This document shows positions 39,085 through 48,706 of a stretch of DNA of 64,000 bases, one piece after another. A program made the translations under genes and the position numbers. Source of the DNA: a bacterium (GTDB lineage Bacteria; Zhuqueibacterota; QNDG01; JAFGCO01); contig JAFGGN010000028.1 of assembly GCA_016930535.1 (NCBI GenBank), positions 4,348-68,347 on the forward strand, given 5' to 3'. The notes under the pieces were generated by a model, which was not told where the DNA came from, did not search any database, and worked only from the letters and a program-made list of their open reading frames with translations. Every line of letters begins with the position of its first letter. Positions within the stretch are counted from its first letter, which is position 1.

Positions 39085-40926
39085 ATGCAATCAATGGACA
39101 AGTTTATTCTCAATCTGATTCACCGTCCCGAACTGGTCCCCGAATATATCGATACCGGTGCACAGGAGGGCCTGACTGAAGAGATGAGCAAAATGGAAGT
39201 GGTTCGGGAGTCACTGGATATTTTTCGTCTTCAGCAGGAAATTGCACATCGGAACGGGCTCAGGACGACGATTCAGATGACCTATTCAAGCCTGTTCAAT
39301 GAGGAATGTATTGAACTGGCGCAGCAGCATCACAGGGAATTCGGCGATGAAATCGGGCATACTTTTCTTGGACTGAACTGCAGGGAGTTTCGTGAAAAAT
39401 TCAAATCGAAAGAACTGGCCGTGTGGCTGTTTCCAATGGATATCAAAAAGGAAATCGTGATCGATTCATTTGAACGCTTCAAAACCGTTTTCGGGCGGTA
39501 CCCGACTTCGACCGGTTCCTATTTTATGGATGCTGAACTGATCAATTTCATTAAGGAAAAATACCCGATGGTCAAAACGGCCATTGCCACATGTTTTGAA
39601 GAAGGCCCCAAAATTTTCCGTCATACCAATTCATCCTGGTATACCCTGATGGATGGATCCCCGTGGACCGCCTGGATTCCTTCAAAGAAAAACACGCACG
39701 CGATTGCCAGAGATGAGGACGATGATATCGGTATCGTGGCGATGCCTCACCTTTCGCGGGACCTGCTCGCCATCATGGACAATGCCGGTGACATGTTCGG
39801 CACACATCCGCAAAACATCATTCGCGGGCTCATTTACGAAGGGGACCGGCTGCCCTATATGTTCAACCTTGTGGATCAGTATCAGGTCATGAAAAAATAC
39901 AACAGGGGATTTACATACAATCTCGTATACGTGGGCCCAGGCTGGATGGGCAAGGGAGGACGCTGGGAAGCGGACTATCGGATTTTAAAGAAAAGTTATG
40001 AAGATTTCATTGCTTACTACGGTCAGTTGAAAAAGGAAAATAAAGTCGAAGACATGACCATGACCGAGTTTGCGGATTGGTTTCGTGAAAATCAGCCGCG
40101 AAGCGGGCCCATGTGTGCATTGTGGAAAGATCTGCTCTATGGGACGAAGAACCAGGCATTCTGGTATGCAGATTCGAAGTTCAGGGTACAGATCGACCTG
40201 AAGCAGGGAGGCGCGATTACCGATCTGCGTCCATACGCCTCGAAACTATCCCGCCCCTGCGGCGCCGGTACCAGGGCCAATCAGGATGCCTCCTATCCCT
40301 ACATTGTCCATTCACGATACCGGGCCGGTGCCTTTACGCATTATGCCGGTGAAGGCGCCATCAAGAGCTGCAAAATCCGTCTGGGTTCGGAGGAAGTGGA
40401 TCTCAGTGCCTGCCGAAGTACGGGAACCTACGATGAAAAGGAAGACAACCGCATTCTGAGTGTGAAGCCCGTTGATATCGAGTTCCGGAATTGCACCGTG
40501 CAAATAGCAACTACCTATACATTCAGAGAAAATACGGGAGAGATCCTCATCAGCCGGAAACTGACCGGATCCAGCGATCCGGAGTTGCGCATCGTGGTCG
40601 ATGAATTTCTCGCCTCATGCTGGGGAACCACGGAGTATCCGGAGGATCTGACGGATTGTACACTTGGACTGGTGACCGCGGATGGAAAACGGCATGATCT
40701 GAAATATGCATACAGGTGCAGGGAAAAACGGGCTGGGGAGGTCAGCCTTGTCGAAGCGGTTATACCCTATGTGCAGACAAGGATCAGCATGGTGCCCGTA
40801 TCCCCGTCCTGCGGCGGTTATTATGAAGAAGGCTATTCCTTCGCACCGAATTTAAAAATAGGCATTTTCAAGGAAATCGGTTTAAACGAGGAGCTTATAA
40901 CATGTCTCAGGGTCGAAAAGGCGTAA
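39085..40926 (+). CDS. Cytoplasmic hypothetical protein, possibly glycoside hydrolase/deacetylase (GH57/CE4-like) barrel plus beta-sandwich
   Basis: No signal peptide; FGDEIGH and FKTVFGRYPTSTGSYFMDA motifs; C-terminal beta-rich region (QGGAITDLRPY); start could be 39055-39094. Confidence 0.55.
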   Translation: MQSMDKFILNLIHRPELVPEYIDTGAQEGLTEEMSKMEVVRESLDIFRLQQEIAHRNGLRTTIQMTYSSLFNEECIELAQQHHREFGDEIGHTFLGLNCREFREKFKSKELAVWLFPMDIKKEIVIDSFERFKTVFGRYPTSTGSYFMDAELINFIKEKYPMVKTAIATCFEEGPKIFRHTNSSWYTLMDGSPWTAWIPSKKNTHAIARDEDDDIGIVAMPHLSRDLLAIMDNAGDMFGTHPQNIIRGLIYEGDRLPYMFNLVDQYQVMKKYNRGFTYNLVYVGPGWMGKGGRWEADYRILKKSYEDFIAYYGQLKKENKVEDMTMTEFADWFRENQPRSGPMCALWKDLLYGTKNQAFWYADSKFRVQIDLKQGGAITDLRPYASKLSRPCGAGTRANQDASYPYIVHSRYRAGAFTHYAGEGAIKSCKIRLGSEEVDLSACRSTGTYDEKEDNRILSVKPVDIEFRNCTVQIATTYTFRENTGEILISRKLTGSSDPELRIVVDEFLASCWGTTEYPEDLTDCTLGLVTADGKRHDLKYAYRCREKRAGEVSLVEAVIPYVQTRISMVPVSPSCGGYYEEGYSFAPNLKIGIFKEIGLNEELITCLRVEKA

Positions 40927-41135
40927 TCAATTACCGTTGCCCCAATTGTCTTTTTCGTGATATCGACTTCGATCTGCTGTATGACAAGGAAGCCGATCAG
41001 TTCTACTGCCGGCGATGCAACTGGGAGGGAGCGGAGCAGGACATACTATTCATGTATGCGGCATATAAACGCAAGTACAAGGACATGCTGAAGCGTTATA
41101 CGGTCGAAGATATACTTGTAAAGGATGAGGAATGA
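40902..41135 (+). CDS. 77-aa zinc-finger (CxxC...CxxC) microprotein
   Basis: RCPNC...FYCRRC; GAGGAG SD; overlaps the upstream gene's 3' end. Confidence 0.7.
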   Translation: MSQGRKGVINYRCPNCLFRDIDFDLLYDKEADQFYCRRCNWEGAEQDILFMYAAYKRKYKDMLKRYTVEDILVKDEE

Positions 41136-41214
41136 ATTCAAATCGCTATTCTGCAGGCGAAGCCATTCCGGTCCGGCCGTTCAGCGGAATATTCAATCAG
41201 GAACATGTGTGGCC

Positions 41215-43410
41215 ATGAAAAAATCACGATTAACCGGGCATTTCACGCTTCCGGCCCAGAAAGGCATGGACAGGGAAGTTCAGATGCTCTGTGAAAAATG
41301 GAGTGTCGATGCCATACGGGACAGCGATGGAACATCCCTGTCTCCTGAAATTTTGAAACTGGCACCGGACATTTACTCGACCATCTGCCTGATTCGAGCG
41401 GACCAGGCATGGGCGAAACAGCATCCGGATGCTTGCCAGCAGAAATTCCTCATGTCGTTCCCGGTCACGGCAGTACAGACTGGTCCGCTTCGGATTCATC
41501 TCATGAAAGGATACAGTTCCGAACAGTTCCGTGTCGACTGGATTCATGAACCCGGTAAATACTGGGATGTCGTGGACAGAACCACGGGAGATATACTGGA
41601 GTCCGGCCAATGGACATATGAGGAACAAGGCGGAGAAGTGATCATTCCGGTCGCGAGGCAATGGCACGTATATACTGTCAATTTTCTTGTCTATCAGATC
41701 TGGGAAACCACATCCATGTACAATTATATCACCAATCACTGGACCGGTGAACATCAGATGGGTGTGGATCCGCGGCAGCCGGAAACAGGAAAACATCTGC
41801 TGAATTATCTGGATGACTGGCTGAAAGCCCACCCGCATACGGATTATGTCCGTTTTACCTCCATGTTCTATCAGTTTCCGCTGATCAAGGGTGAAAAACG
41901 GGAAACGCTGTACCTGGACTGGAGCGGATATCTGGACGCCATGAGCGCCCTTGCCCTGGATCAGTTTGAAACGGGATTCGGTTACCGCCTGAGAAGTGAG
42001 GATATTATAGACCAGGGATATTACAATGCAACCTACCGCATTCCCAAAAAACCGTTTCTCGACTGGATGACGTTTACGCAGGAATTTGTCCGTCCCTATA
42101 CAAAAAAATGTGTGAATAGGGTGCATGAAGCCGGGAAAAAGGCCATTTTGTTTTTCTGCGATCACTGGATCGGCACGGAACCTTATCTGGATGGATTCGG
42201 GAAACTGGGTTTCGACGGTATCGTAGGGCCGTGCCTGAGCGGTGTGGAATGGCGCCGGATTTCGGATGTGCCCGGGAACCTGGTGAAGGAAGTCCGCCTG
42301 TATCCCTATTTTTTTGAAGTGAATCTGCAGGAAGAACCCGTTTTCAGGGACGAGGGAGATCCGGTCAGGGAGTGTAAAAAATGGTGGAAGGGGATACGGA
42401 GAGCCATGCTGAGGCGCTGCGTGGACCGTATCGGATTCGGAGGTTACCTCGAGCTTGCCTGCAAATATCCGGCTTTTCTCGACTATGTAGCGGTTCTGGC
42501 AGACGAGTTCCGTACGGTGCTTCATCGCACGAAAAAGACGAAGCCCCATACGCTGCCCAAAAAAACGGTCGTCCTGGATTGCTGGGGAAAAATGCGTTCC
42601 TGGATGCACAACGACAACTGGCCGCAGGGCCATGTGCCGGAATTTCTGAGCGGTTTCAATGCGGATGTGGAATTTCTGAATTTTGACGATTTACGGCGGA
42701 ACGGAATCCCCGAAGATATCGGCGTGATCATCAATTGGGGAAATGCGGAAAGCGCGTGGAGCGGCGGCCATCACTGGCGGGATCCGAAGATCGTCGAAAC
42801 CGTCAGGAACTGGGTATTCAAAGGCGGCGGATTTATCGGAGTCGGGGATCCTTCCGCCCATGAATTTCAGGGACGTTTCTTCCAGTTGTCGGATGTTCTG
42901 GGTGTGGAAAAAGAAACGGGGAATACACTCGCATGGACGAAGCGTTTTAATCCGGAACCCAACCGCCGGCACTTTATTCTCGCCGATGCAGGCGATGAGA
43001 TCGATCTTGGGGTCCGGACTTCATCCGTCTATGTCAGCAGCCCCGGCACGGAGCTCCTTGCCGGATCAGGCACTGAAGTGATCCTTGCCGCAAATACTTA
43101 TGGCAGGGGCCGGTCCGTTTATTTTGCCGGTTACCTGCACCATCCGTTTAATATGCGTCTTCTGCATCGGGCCCTGTTGTGGGCATCCGGGCAGGAAAAG
43201 GAGATGAAACGCTGGTTCAGCAGCAATATGCACACGGATTGCGCCTTTTATCCGGATGTGGACGAATTTGTTGTGATGAACAATTCGGAACAGGAACAGG
43301 ATACCACGGTGTACGATCAGGAAGGAAATGCGATCCGATTTTCCCTGGAACCCATGGAAATGAAATGGCTGACGCGAACCGAACTGCAGCAATTAAGACC
43401 AAAACAATGA
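41215..43410 (+). CDS. GH112 beta-galactoside phosphorylase (galactosyl-N-acetylhexosamine / galactosyl-rhamnose phosphorylase family)
   Basis: GHFTLP..W..DAIRDSDGT, SMYNYITN, FCDHWIGTEP (catalytic Asp), RLYPYFF, DRIGFGGY, NAESAWSGG. Confidence 0.9.
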   Translation: MKKSRLTGHFTLPAQKGMDREVQMLCEKWSVDAIRDSDGTSLSPEILKLAPDIYSTICLIRADQAWAKQHPDACQQKFLMSFPVTAVQTGPLRIHLMKGYSSEQFRVDWIHEPGKYWDVVDRTTGDILESGQWTYEEQGGEVIIPVARQWHVYTVNFLVYQIWETTSMYNYITNHWTGEHQMGVDPRQPETGKHLLNYLDDWLKAHPHTDYVRFTSMFYQFPLIKGEKRETLYLDWSGYLDAMSALALDQFETGFGYRLRSEDIIDQGYYNATYRIPKKPFLDWMTFTQEFVRPYTKKCVNRVHEAGKKAILFFCDHWIGTEPYLDGFGKLGFDGIVGPCLSGVEWRRISDVPGNLVKEVRLYPYFFEVNLQEEPVFRDEGDPVRECKKWWKGIRRAMLRRCVDRIGFGGYLELACKYPAFLDYVAVLADEFRTVLHRTKKTKPHTLPKKTVVLDCWGKMRSWMHNDNWPQGHVPEFLSGFNADVEFLNFDDLRRNGIPEDIGVIINWGNAESAWSGGHHWRDPKIVETVRNWVFKGGGFIGVGDPSAHEFQGRFFQLSDVLGVEKETGNTLAWTKRFNPEPNRRHFILADAGDEIDLGVRTSSVYVSSPGTELLAGSGTEVILAANTYGRGRSVYFAGYLHHPFNMRLLHRALLWASGQEKEMKRWFSSNMHTDCAFYPDVDEFVVMNNSEQEQDTTVYDQEGNAIRFSLEPMEMKWLTRTELQQLRPKQ

Positions 43411-43435
43411 GTATGTATTTTAAACCGGAAAGACA

Positions 43436-45517
43436 ATGCAATCCAACAATCAGATCATACGTTTTGGCGCGGATTATTTTCCGGAACAGTGGCCCGAATC
43501 AGTCTGGGAGGATGATATCCGCCTCATGAAGCAGGCCGGTGTGAATATGGTCAGTCTGGCCATTTTTTCCTGGGCCCTGCTGCAGCCCGATGAACAAACC
43601 TTCAATTTCGGGTGGCTGGACCAAATCATGGATTTGCTGGCCGGTCATGAAATCGACGTCTGCCTCGGTACTTCCACGGCTGCACAGCCCAACTGGCTCA
43701 CGCGAAAGCATCCGGATCTCCTCTTTGTCAGGGAAAACGGACTGCAGGTTGCGCCCGGTTCTAGGCAGACCTTCTGTGTGAACAGCCCGGTGTACAGGGA
43801 TGCACTCAGAAAGCTGGTCCGGGCACTGGCGGAACATTACGCGGGTCATTCCGCGCTCAAACTCTGGCACATCAACAACGAATATGCCAATAAAAACGGG
43901 ATGTGTTTCTGCCGGAATTGTGAAACCGCTTTTCAGGAATGGCTCAGGAGCCGGTACGAAACGCTGGACCGGCTGAACGACGCCTGGGGCACCGTGTTCT
44001 GGGGTGAAAAATACTTTAAATGGGATGAAATCAACGCTCCGCGGGCCAGTTCGGGCGCACGAAACGGTACAAAACTGCTGGATTACAAGCGCTTCATCAG
44101 CGAAAGCATTCACGGCCTCTATACGGAAGAAGTCAATATTTTCCGGGAACTGACGCCGCATATCCCGGTGACGACCAATTTTGAAGGCGACTGGAACAAA
44201 TTCGATCATGCGCTGTTCAGGGAGAATCTGGATGTGGTTTCATGGAACAGCTACCCGAATCCGCTCGATCCCAAAGCACGGTACTGGGCGGCAATGCGGC
44301 ATGCCATGATGCGCTCCCTGCTCGGAAAACCGTTCATGCTCATGGAACAGGCGCCATCACAGGTGGACTGGTATCCGGTCAATGTGAGCAAACCTCCGGG
44401 CCTGATGCGATTATGGAGCTATCAGGCCATTGCGCACGGATCCGATTCAGTGATGTTTTTTCAATGGCGCGCATCACGAAAAGGTGCTGAAAAATATCAC
44501 AGCGCCATGGTTCCTCATTACGGTGAAAAGTCGCGCATATTCAGTGAAATCGTGCAACTGGGGAATGAGCTGAAAAAAATCCGGGAAATCGCCGGGACGG
44601 GTATCAAATCCCGCATCGCCATTTTAATGGACAACGATTCCTGGTGGACCGTGGACAATCCTTACGGCAGCGGCAGCAAATCCCTGGACAACGAGACGTT
44701 CTGGGCCGCGAACGGTCAGCCTTTTCCTTCGGTCCTGATTCGTTATTTCGACGAGCTTCAGCATTATTTCAATGCGTTCCATTCACTGAATGCGGCCGTT
44801 GATGTGATTCCGGCTCATTATGATTTTTCGAAATATGATATTGTCATTGCCCCGCTGTTGCATATGGTCAAACCAGGATTTGCGGATGCAGTTGAAACTT
44901 TTGTCGGGAGCGGAGGGACATTTGTCGCTACATATCTCTCCGGACTCGTCGACGAATATGTGGGCGTTTTTCCGGAGGGTTATCCGGGGCCATTGAAGAA
45001 AGTATGCGGCATCGCTGTGGAAGAATTCGATCCGATACAGCCCGGATCCGGAAACCGAATCATCATGAACACGGGTTCCAATGGGTTTCAGAAGGAATAT
45101 CACTGCAGTGTCTGCTGCGAAGTCGTCCATGTCACAGAGGCCAACATTCTGGCATGCTTCGGAAATCACTATTATGCCGGATATCCGTGTATCACGGAAA
45201 ACCGTTATGGCAAGGGAAAGGCCTACTATATCGCGACCCGGCCGGACGAGGTGTTTATGCGTGATTTTGCCAAAATGCTTTTCAGGGAGATGTGCATATC
45301 CGTCCGGGATATTCCGGAAACCGTGGAACACTCGATCCGGTCTCATAACGGCCAAAGCTACGAGTTCTATCTGAATCACGGCTGCGATGAGGTGACGATC
45401 CGCCTGCCATCGGGACAATATACTGATCTGCTGACAGGTGAACTCTGTGAAGGAATCCTGAAACTTGAACAATTGGGTGTTTCTATTTTAAGGAGAATGA
45501 AATCAAATGAAAAATGA
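43436..45517 (+). CDS. GH42 beta-galactosidase (cytoplasmic)
   Basis: GADYFPEQW, IFSWALLQP, WHINNEY, CFCRNC, LMEQ, FFQWR..GAEKYHSA. Confidence 0.95.
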   Translation: MQSNNQIIRFGADYFPEQWPESVWEDDIRLMKQAGVNMVSLAIFSWALLQPDEQTFNFGWLDQIMDLLAGHEIDVCLGTSTAAQPNWLTRKHPDLLFVRENGLQVAPGSRQTFCVNSPVYRDALRKLVRALAEHYAGHSALKLWHINNEYANKNGMCFCRNCETAFQEWLRSRYETLDRLNDAWGTVFWGEKYFKWDEINAPRASSGARNGTKLLDYKRFISESIHGLYTEEVNIFRELTPHIPVTTNFEGDWNKFDHALFRENLDVVSWNSYPNPLDPKARYWAAMRHAMMRSLLGKPFMLMEQAPSQVDWYPVNVSKPPGLMRLWSYQAIAHGSDSVMFFQWRASRKGAEKYHSAMVPHYGEKSRIFSEIVQLGNELKKIREIAGTGIKSRIAILMDNDSWWTVDNPYGSGSKSLDNETFWAANGQPFPSVLIRYFDELQHYFNAFHSLNAAVDVIPAHYDFSKYDIVIAPLLHMVKPGFADAVETFVGSGGTFVATYLSGLVDEYVGVFPEGYPGPLKKVCGIAVEEFDPIQPGSGNRIIMNTGSNGFQKEYHCSVCCEVVHVTEANILACFGNHYYAGYPCITENRYGKGKAYYIATRPDEVFMRDFAKMLFREMCISVRDIPETVEHSIRSHNGQSYEFYLNHGCDEVTIRLPSGQYTDLLTGELCEGILKLEQLGVSILRRMKSNEK

Positions 45518-47012
45518 ACCGGTTACGGATAAAACACGGGAATCGGTGCCGGAAACGAAGAACGGAATAAACGTCAGGGTTTCATTCCGCGAAAAGGTGG
45601 CACTGGGTGTCGGCGGATTCAGCAACCTGTTTGCGTATATTGGCATCAACACACTGGCGAGGACCGTTTATGTTATGATACTGGGACTGAACGCGGCCTG
45701 GATCGGTGTCGCATTGACCATTCCCCGTATCTGGGATGCGTTCAGTGACCCGCTGATGGGCAAAATTTCTGATAATTTTCATTCGAAATGGGGCAGGCGG
45801 CGGCCGTTCATTATTGCGGGTGCCCTGTCCATGGGAATCGTTTTCGGTCTGATCTGGATGGTTCCCGGAACCTGGAATCAGACCACGCAGATTGTCTATT
45901 TTGTCCTCATGCAACTGCTGTTTTATACGTGTTACACCATTTTCGCCGTCCCGTTCAAGGCGCTGACGTATGAAATGACCCCGGATTACAATGAGCGCAA
46001 CCGGGTCATGGCATTTGTGGCATTCTTTCATAAACTGGCCGAATTTCTGTACGAATGGCTCATTCCGCTGGCTGCAGTGATCAGTTCCGCCTATTTTGCC
46101 TCACGTATTCCCGAGGGTCAGAAAGTGGAAATGACGGGCATCATCATCATGACCTGGCTTGTGGGCATACTCATTATGGCCGGAATCGGCGTCATACCGG
46201 GCATCTTTGTACGTGAACGTTTCATAAAGCGGACCGAGAATCAGGAAAAAGTCAAGCTGATCGACAGTTCAAAACAGGCTTTCGGGAGCAGGGCTTTTCA
46301 GATACTGGTCAGCATCATTATTCTGAACGTCCTTGCAGGTATCCTGGCTTCCAATATTGATCATTTTGTCATGATTTATTACATGGCTGATGGAGATATC
46401 GCTCTCGGCAGTATCTGGAAAGGCCTGCTGTCATCGGGCTATGCAGTCATTGGTTTCGCTTTTATCCCGCTGATCACCTGGTTTGCGGGCAAATACGGGA
46501 AAAAAGCGGCCCTGTATTTTGTTTATGCACTGACAGTTTTCGGCGGCATCATGAAGTGGTTTATATTTCAACCTGGGCATCATATTTACTGCTTTGGTTC
46601 TGTGGCTATCGATCCGATTATTCTGATCGATCCGGTTCTTTGCGGACCCATGTGGGTCGCCGTCAAGATCTTGCTCGAATCCATGATGGCGGATATCTGC
46701 GATGAAGACGAATTGATGCATGGGAAACGCCGAGAAGGAGTATTCGGGGCGGTATTTACTTGGCTGGAAAAAACGGCATTGTCCCTGGCTGCACTGGGTG
46801 TGGGTTTCAGTATATGGCTTTCGGGATTCGACAGCGCACTCGGCGGCAATCAGGATCCGAAAACGTTTCTGGTCATGCGGCTCTTTTTATCGGGGGCACC
46901 GTCGATCACGGCACTTTTCGCCATTGTCGCGCTGAAATTTTATCCGATTACGGCAGAAAGGGCCAGCATGACACGGAAACAACTCGAAGCAAGGCGTGGA
47001 TCTGTGGGATGA
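45507..47012 (+). CDS. MFS glycoside-pentoside-hexuronide (GPH) sugar transporter
   Basis: RIWDAFSDPLMGKISD..WGRRRPF; MADICD..RREG; about 12 TM segments. Confidence 0.92.
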   Translation: MKNEPVTDKTRESVPETKNGINVRVSFREKVALGVGGFSNLFAYIGINTLARTVYVMILGLNAAWIGVALTIPRIWDAFSDPLMGKISDNFHSKWGRRRPFIIAGALSMGIVFGLIWMVPGTWNQTTQIVYFVLMQLLFYTCYTIFAVPFKALTYEMTPDYNERNRVMAFVAFFHKLAEFLYEWLIPLAAVISSAYFASRIPEGQKVEMTGIIIMTWLVGILIMAGIGVIPGIFVRERFIKRTENQEKVKLIDSSKQAFGSRAFQILVSIIILNVLAGILASNIDHFVMIYYMADGDIALGSIWKGLLSSGYAVIGFAFIPLITWFAGKYGKKAALYFVYALTVFGGIMKWFIFQPGHHIYCFGSVAIDPIILIDPVLCGPMWVAVKILLESMMADICDEDELMHGKRREGVFGAVFTWLEKTALSLAALGVGFSIWLSGFDSALGGNQDPKTFLVMRLFLSGAPSITALFAIVALKFYPITAERASMTRKQLEARRGSVG

Positions 47013-47127
47013 TTTTTGCTTTGATTTTAATGAAAATATTCTTCATGACTGCATTGTCTTGTATCCATCACAATACAGGCACAATGTACCCGCGCGTTCA
47101 TAAAAATTAAAATTGGGTACTGAAATC

Positions 47128-48630
47128 ATGAAAAATCAACGCATGCATGTTTTTATCGTGATGATGATTGCGGCTCTCGCTTTTGCTCAGCAGCCCTTTT
47201 ACTTTGGATGCGATCTGTCCTATGTCAACCAGATGGAGGATTGCGGAGCCGTTTTCAGGGAAAACGGAAAACCGAAGGATGTATACGCGATATTCGCGGA
47301 TCATGGCGTCAATCTTGTCCGTGTCCGGCTGTGGATCGATCCTTCATGGTGGCAGGATCCGATACCGCAGCCGGAAGGTGTGAAATCCTTTTATAGCGAT
47401 ATCCATGATGTCCGGCTGACACTGGAGCGGGCTAAAAATGCGGGAATGCAAACGATGCTCGGTTTTCAATATTCGGATTTCTGGGCGGATCCCGGCCGGC
47501 AGCTTGTCCCTCACAGATGGAAGCGGGCGGCCGATGATTTGAACGCACTTCAGGATTCTGTGTATCAGTATACCTATCACGTTCTGCGGCATCTGGATGC
47601 AGCGGGCTGCATGCCGGATATCGTAAAAGTCGGGAATGAAAACAACGGCGGTATACTCAATCAAATAGCTGAAAATAATGAGTTTACTCCTGTGAAGACA
47701 ATCAGTACGAGCTGGGAGCGTCATGCGGACCTGTACAATGCGGCCATCAGGGCCATCCGCGATGCAGGGAGGGATTGCGCGGTCAATCCGAAAATCGCCA
47801 TCCATTTTACGAATGACCTGAAAGCACATATGTGGAACATGCAGAATATGCTGGATCACGGTGTCACGGATTTTGACATTTTCGGCATATCCTACTACTA
47901 TGCCTGGCATCATGGCAGTATCCGCCTTCTCGAACAGACCCTGAAGGATCTGGCGCAAATGTATCCCGCATATTCTTTTATGGTTGTCGAAACCGGTTAT
48001 TTATGGTCCATGGAAAATACCGATAATCTGATCAATATCATCAAGACTCCGGATCCTGCATATCTTCCGGTCTGTCCGGAAAAACAGCTCGAGTATATGG
48101 TGGATTACACACGTGCGGTCATGCGTGCGGGAGGGCTGGGTGTCGTATTCTGGGAGCCCGCATGGGTATCCACGCCGTGCAGAACACCGTGGGGACAGGG
48201 ATCCTCCCATGATCATGTCGCATTCTTCGATCCCGTTCAGACGAATTTTATGGAGGACGGTGCAGGGAACTGGCCGATGCCCGAATATTATCAGGATCTG
48301 TTTGCGCAGAAAGTCATTTTCCAGGTGGATATGACCGGGCAGCATATTGGAAACGGCGTTTACATGAATGGTTCATGGAAAACAGGTGCCGGGCATATGA
48401 GCAAAATGCAGGATGCCGTTTACAGTTATTTGACGTACCTTCCGGAACGCATGACGGGCACGTATTACTTTTTGAGCGATTCCCTGGAAACTTCGAGGGA
48501 ACAGTTTCCTGAAGCGTGCAGCCGATACAACCAGTCCGGCCGCATGTTTACCGTTCCTGACAGCGGTATCGTGCTCAGGGACAAATGGGGGACATGCCCG
48601 GATCAGGAAAGGGGCATTTCGCCGGATTGA
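47128..48630 (+). CDS. Second GH53 galactanase (signal peptide, C-terminal Ig/CBM-like domain, no T9SS CTD)
   Basis: GCDLSY, YSDFWADPGRQ, VGNEN, SYYYAWH, VETGY; C-term VIFQVDM domain. Confidence 0.88.
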   Translation: MKNQRMHVFIVMMIAALAFAQQPFYFGCDLSYVNQMEDCGAVFRENGKPKDVYAIFADHGVNLVRVRLWIDPSWWQDPIPQPEGVKSFYSDIHDVRLTLERAKNAGMQTMLGFQYSDFWADPGRQLVPHRWKRAADDLNALQDSVYQYTYHVLRHLDAAGCMPDIVKVGNENNGGILNQIAENNEFTPVKTISTSWERHADLYNAAIRAIRDAGRDCAVNPKIAIHFTNDLKAHMWNMQNMLDHGVTDFDIFGISYYYAWHHGSIRLLEQTLKDLAQMYPAYSFMVVETGYLWSMENTDNLINIIKTPDPAYLPVCPEKQLEYMVDYTRAVMRAGGLGVVFWEPAWVSTPCRTPWGQGSSHDHVAFFDPVQTNFMEDGAGNWPMPEYYQDLFAQKVIFQVDMTGQHIGNGVYMNGSWKTGAGHMSKMQDAVYSYLTYLPERMTGTYYFLSDSLETSREQFPEACSRYNQSGRMFTVPDSGIVLRDKWGTCPDQERGISPD

Positions 48631-48650
48631 TTGGTTACAGCATTCTTAAT

Positions 48651-48685
48651 AAAAAAGGGAATCCATGAAGGATTCCCCTTTTTTT
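48651..48685. terminator. Bidirectional rho-independent terminator between convergent operons
   Basis: AAAAAAGGGAATCC-ATGAA-GGATTCCCCTTTTTTT. Confidence 0.85.
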
Positions 48686-48706
48686 GCAGCAGTATGGAAA
48701 ATGTGT

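Noticed and set aside
41230-42633. 467-aa antisense ORF
   Set aside because: Lies wholly opposite the well-supported GH112; no motifs; shadow ORF from codon bias
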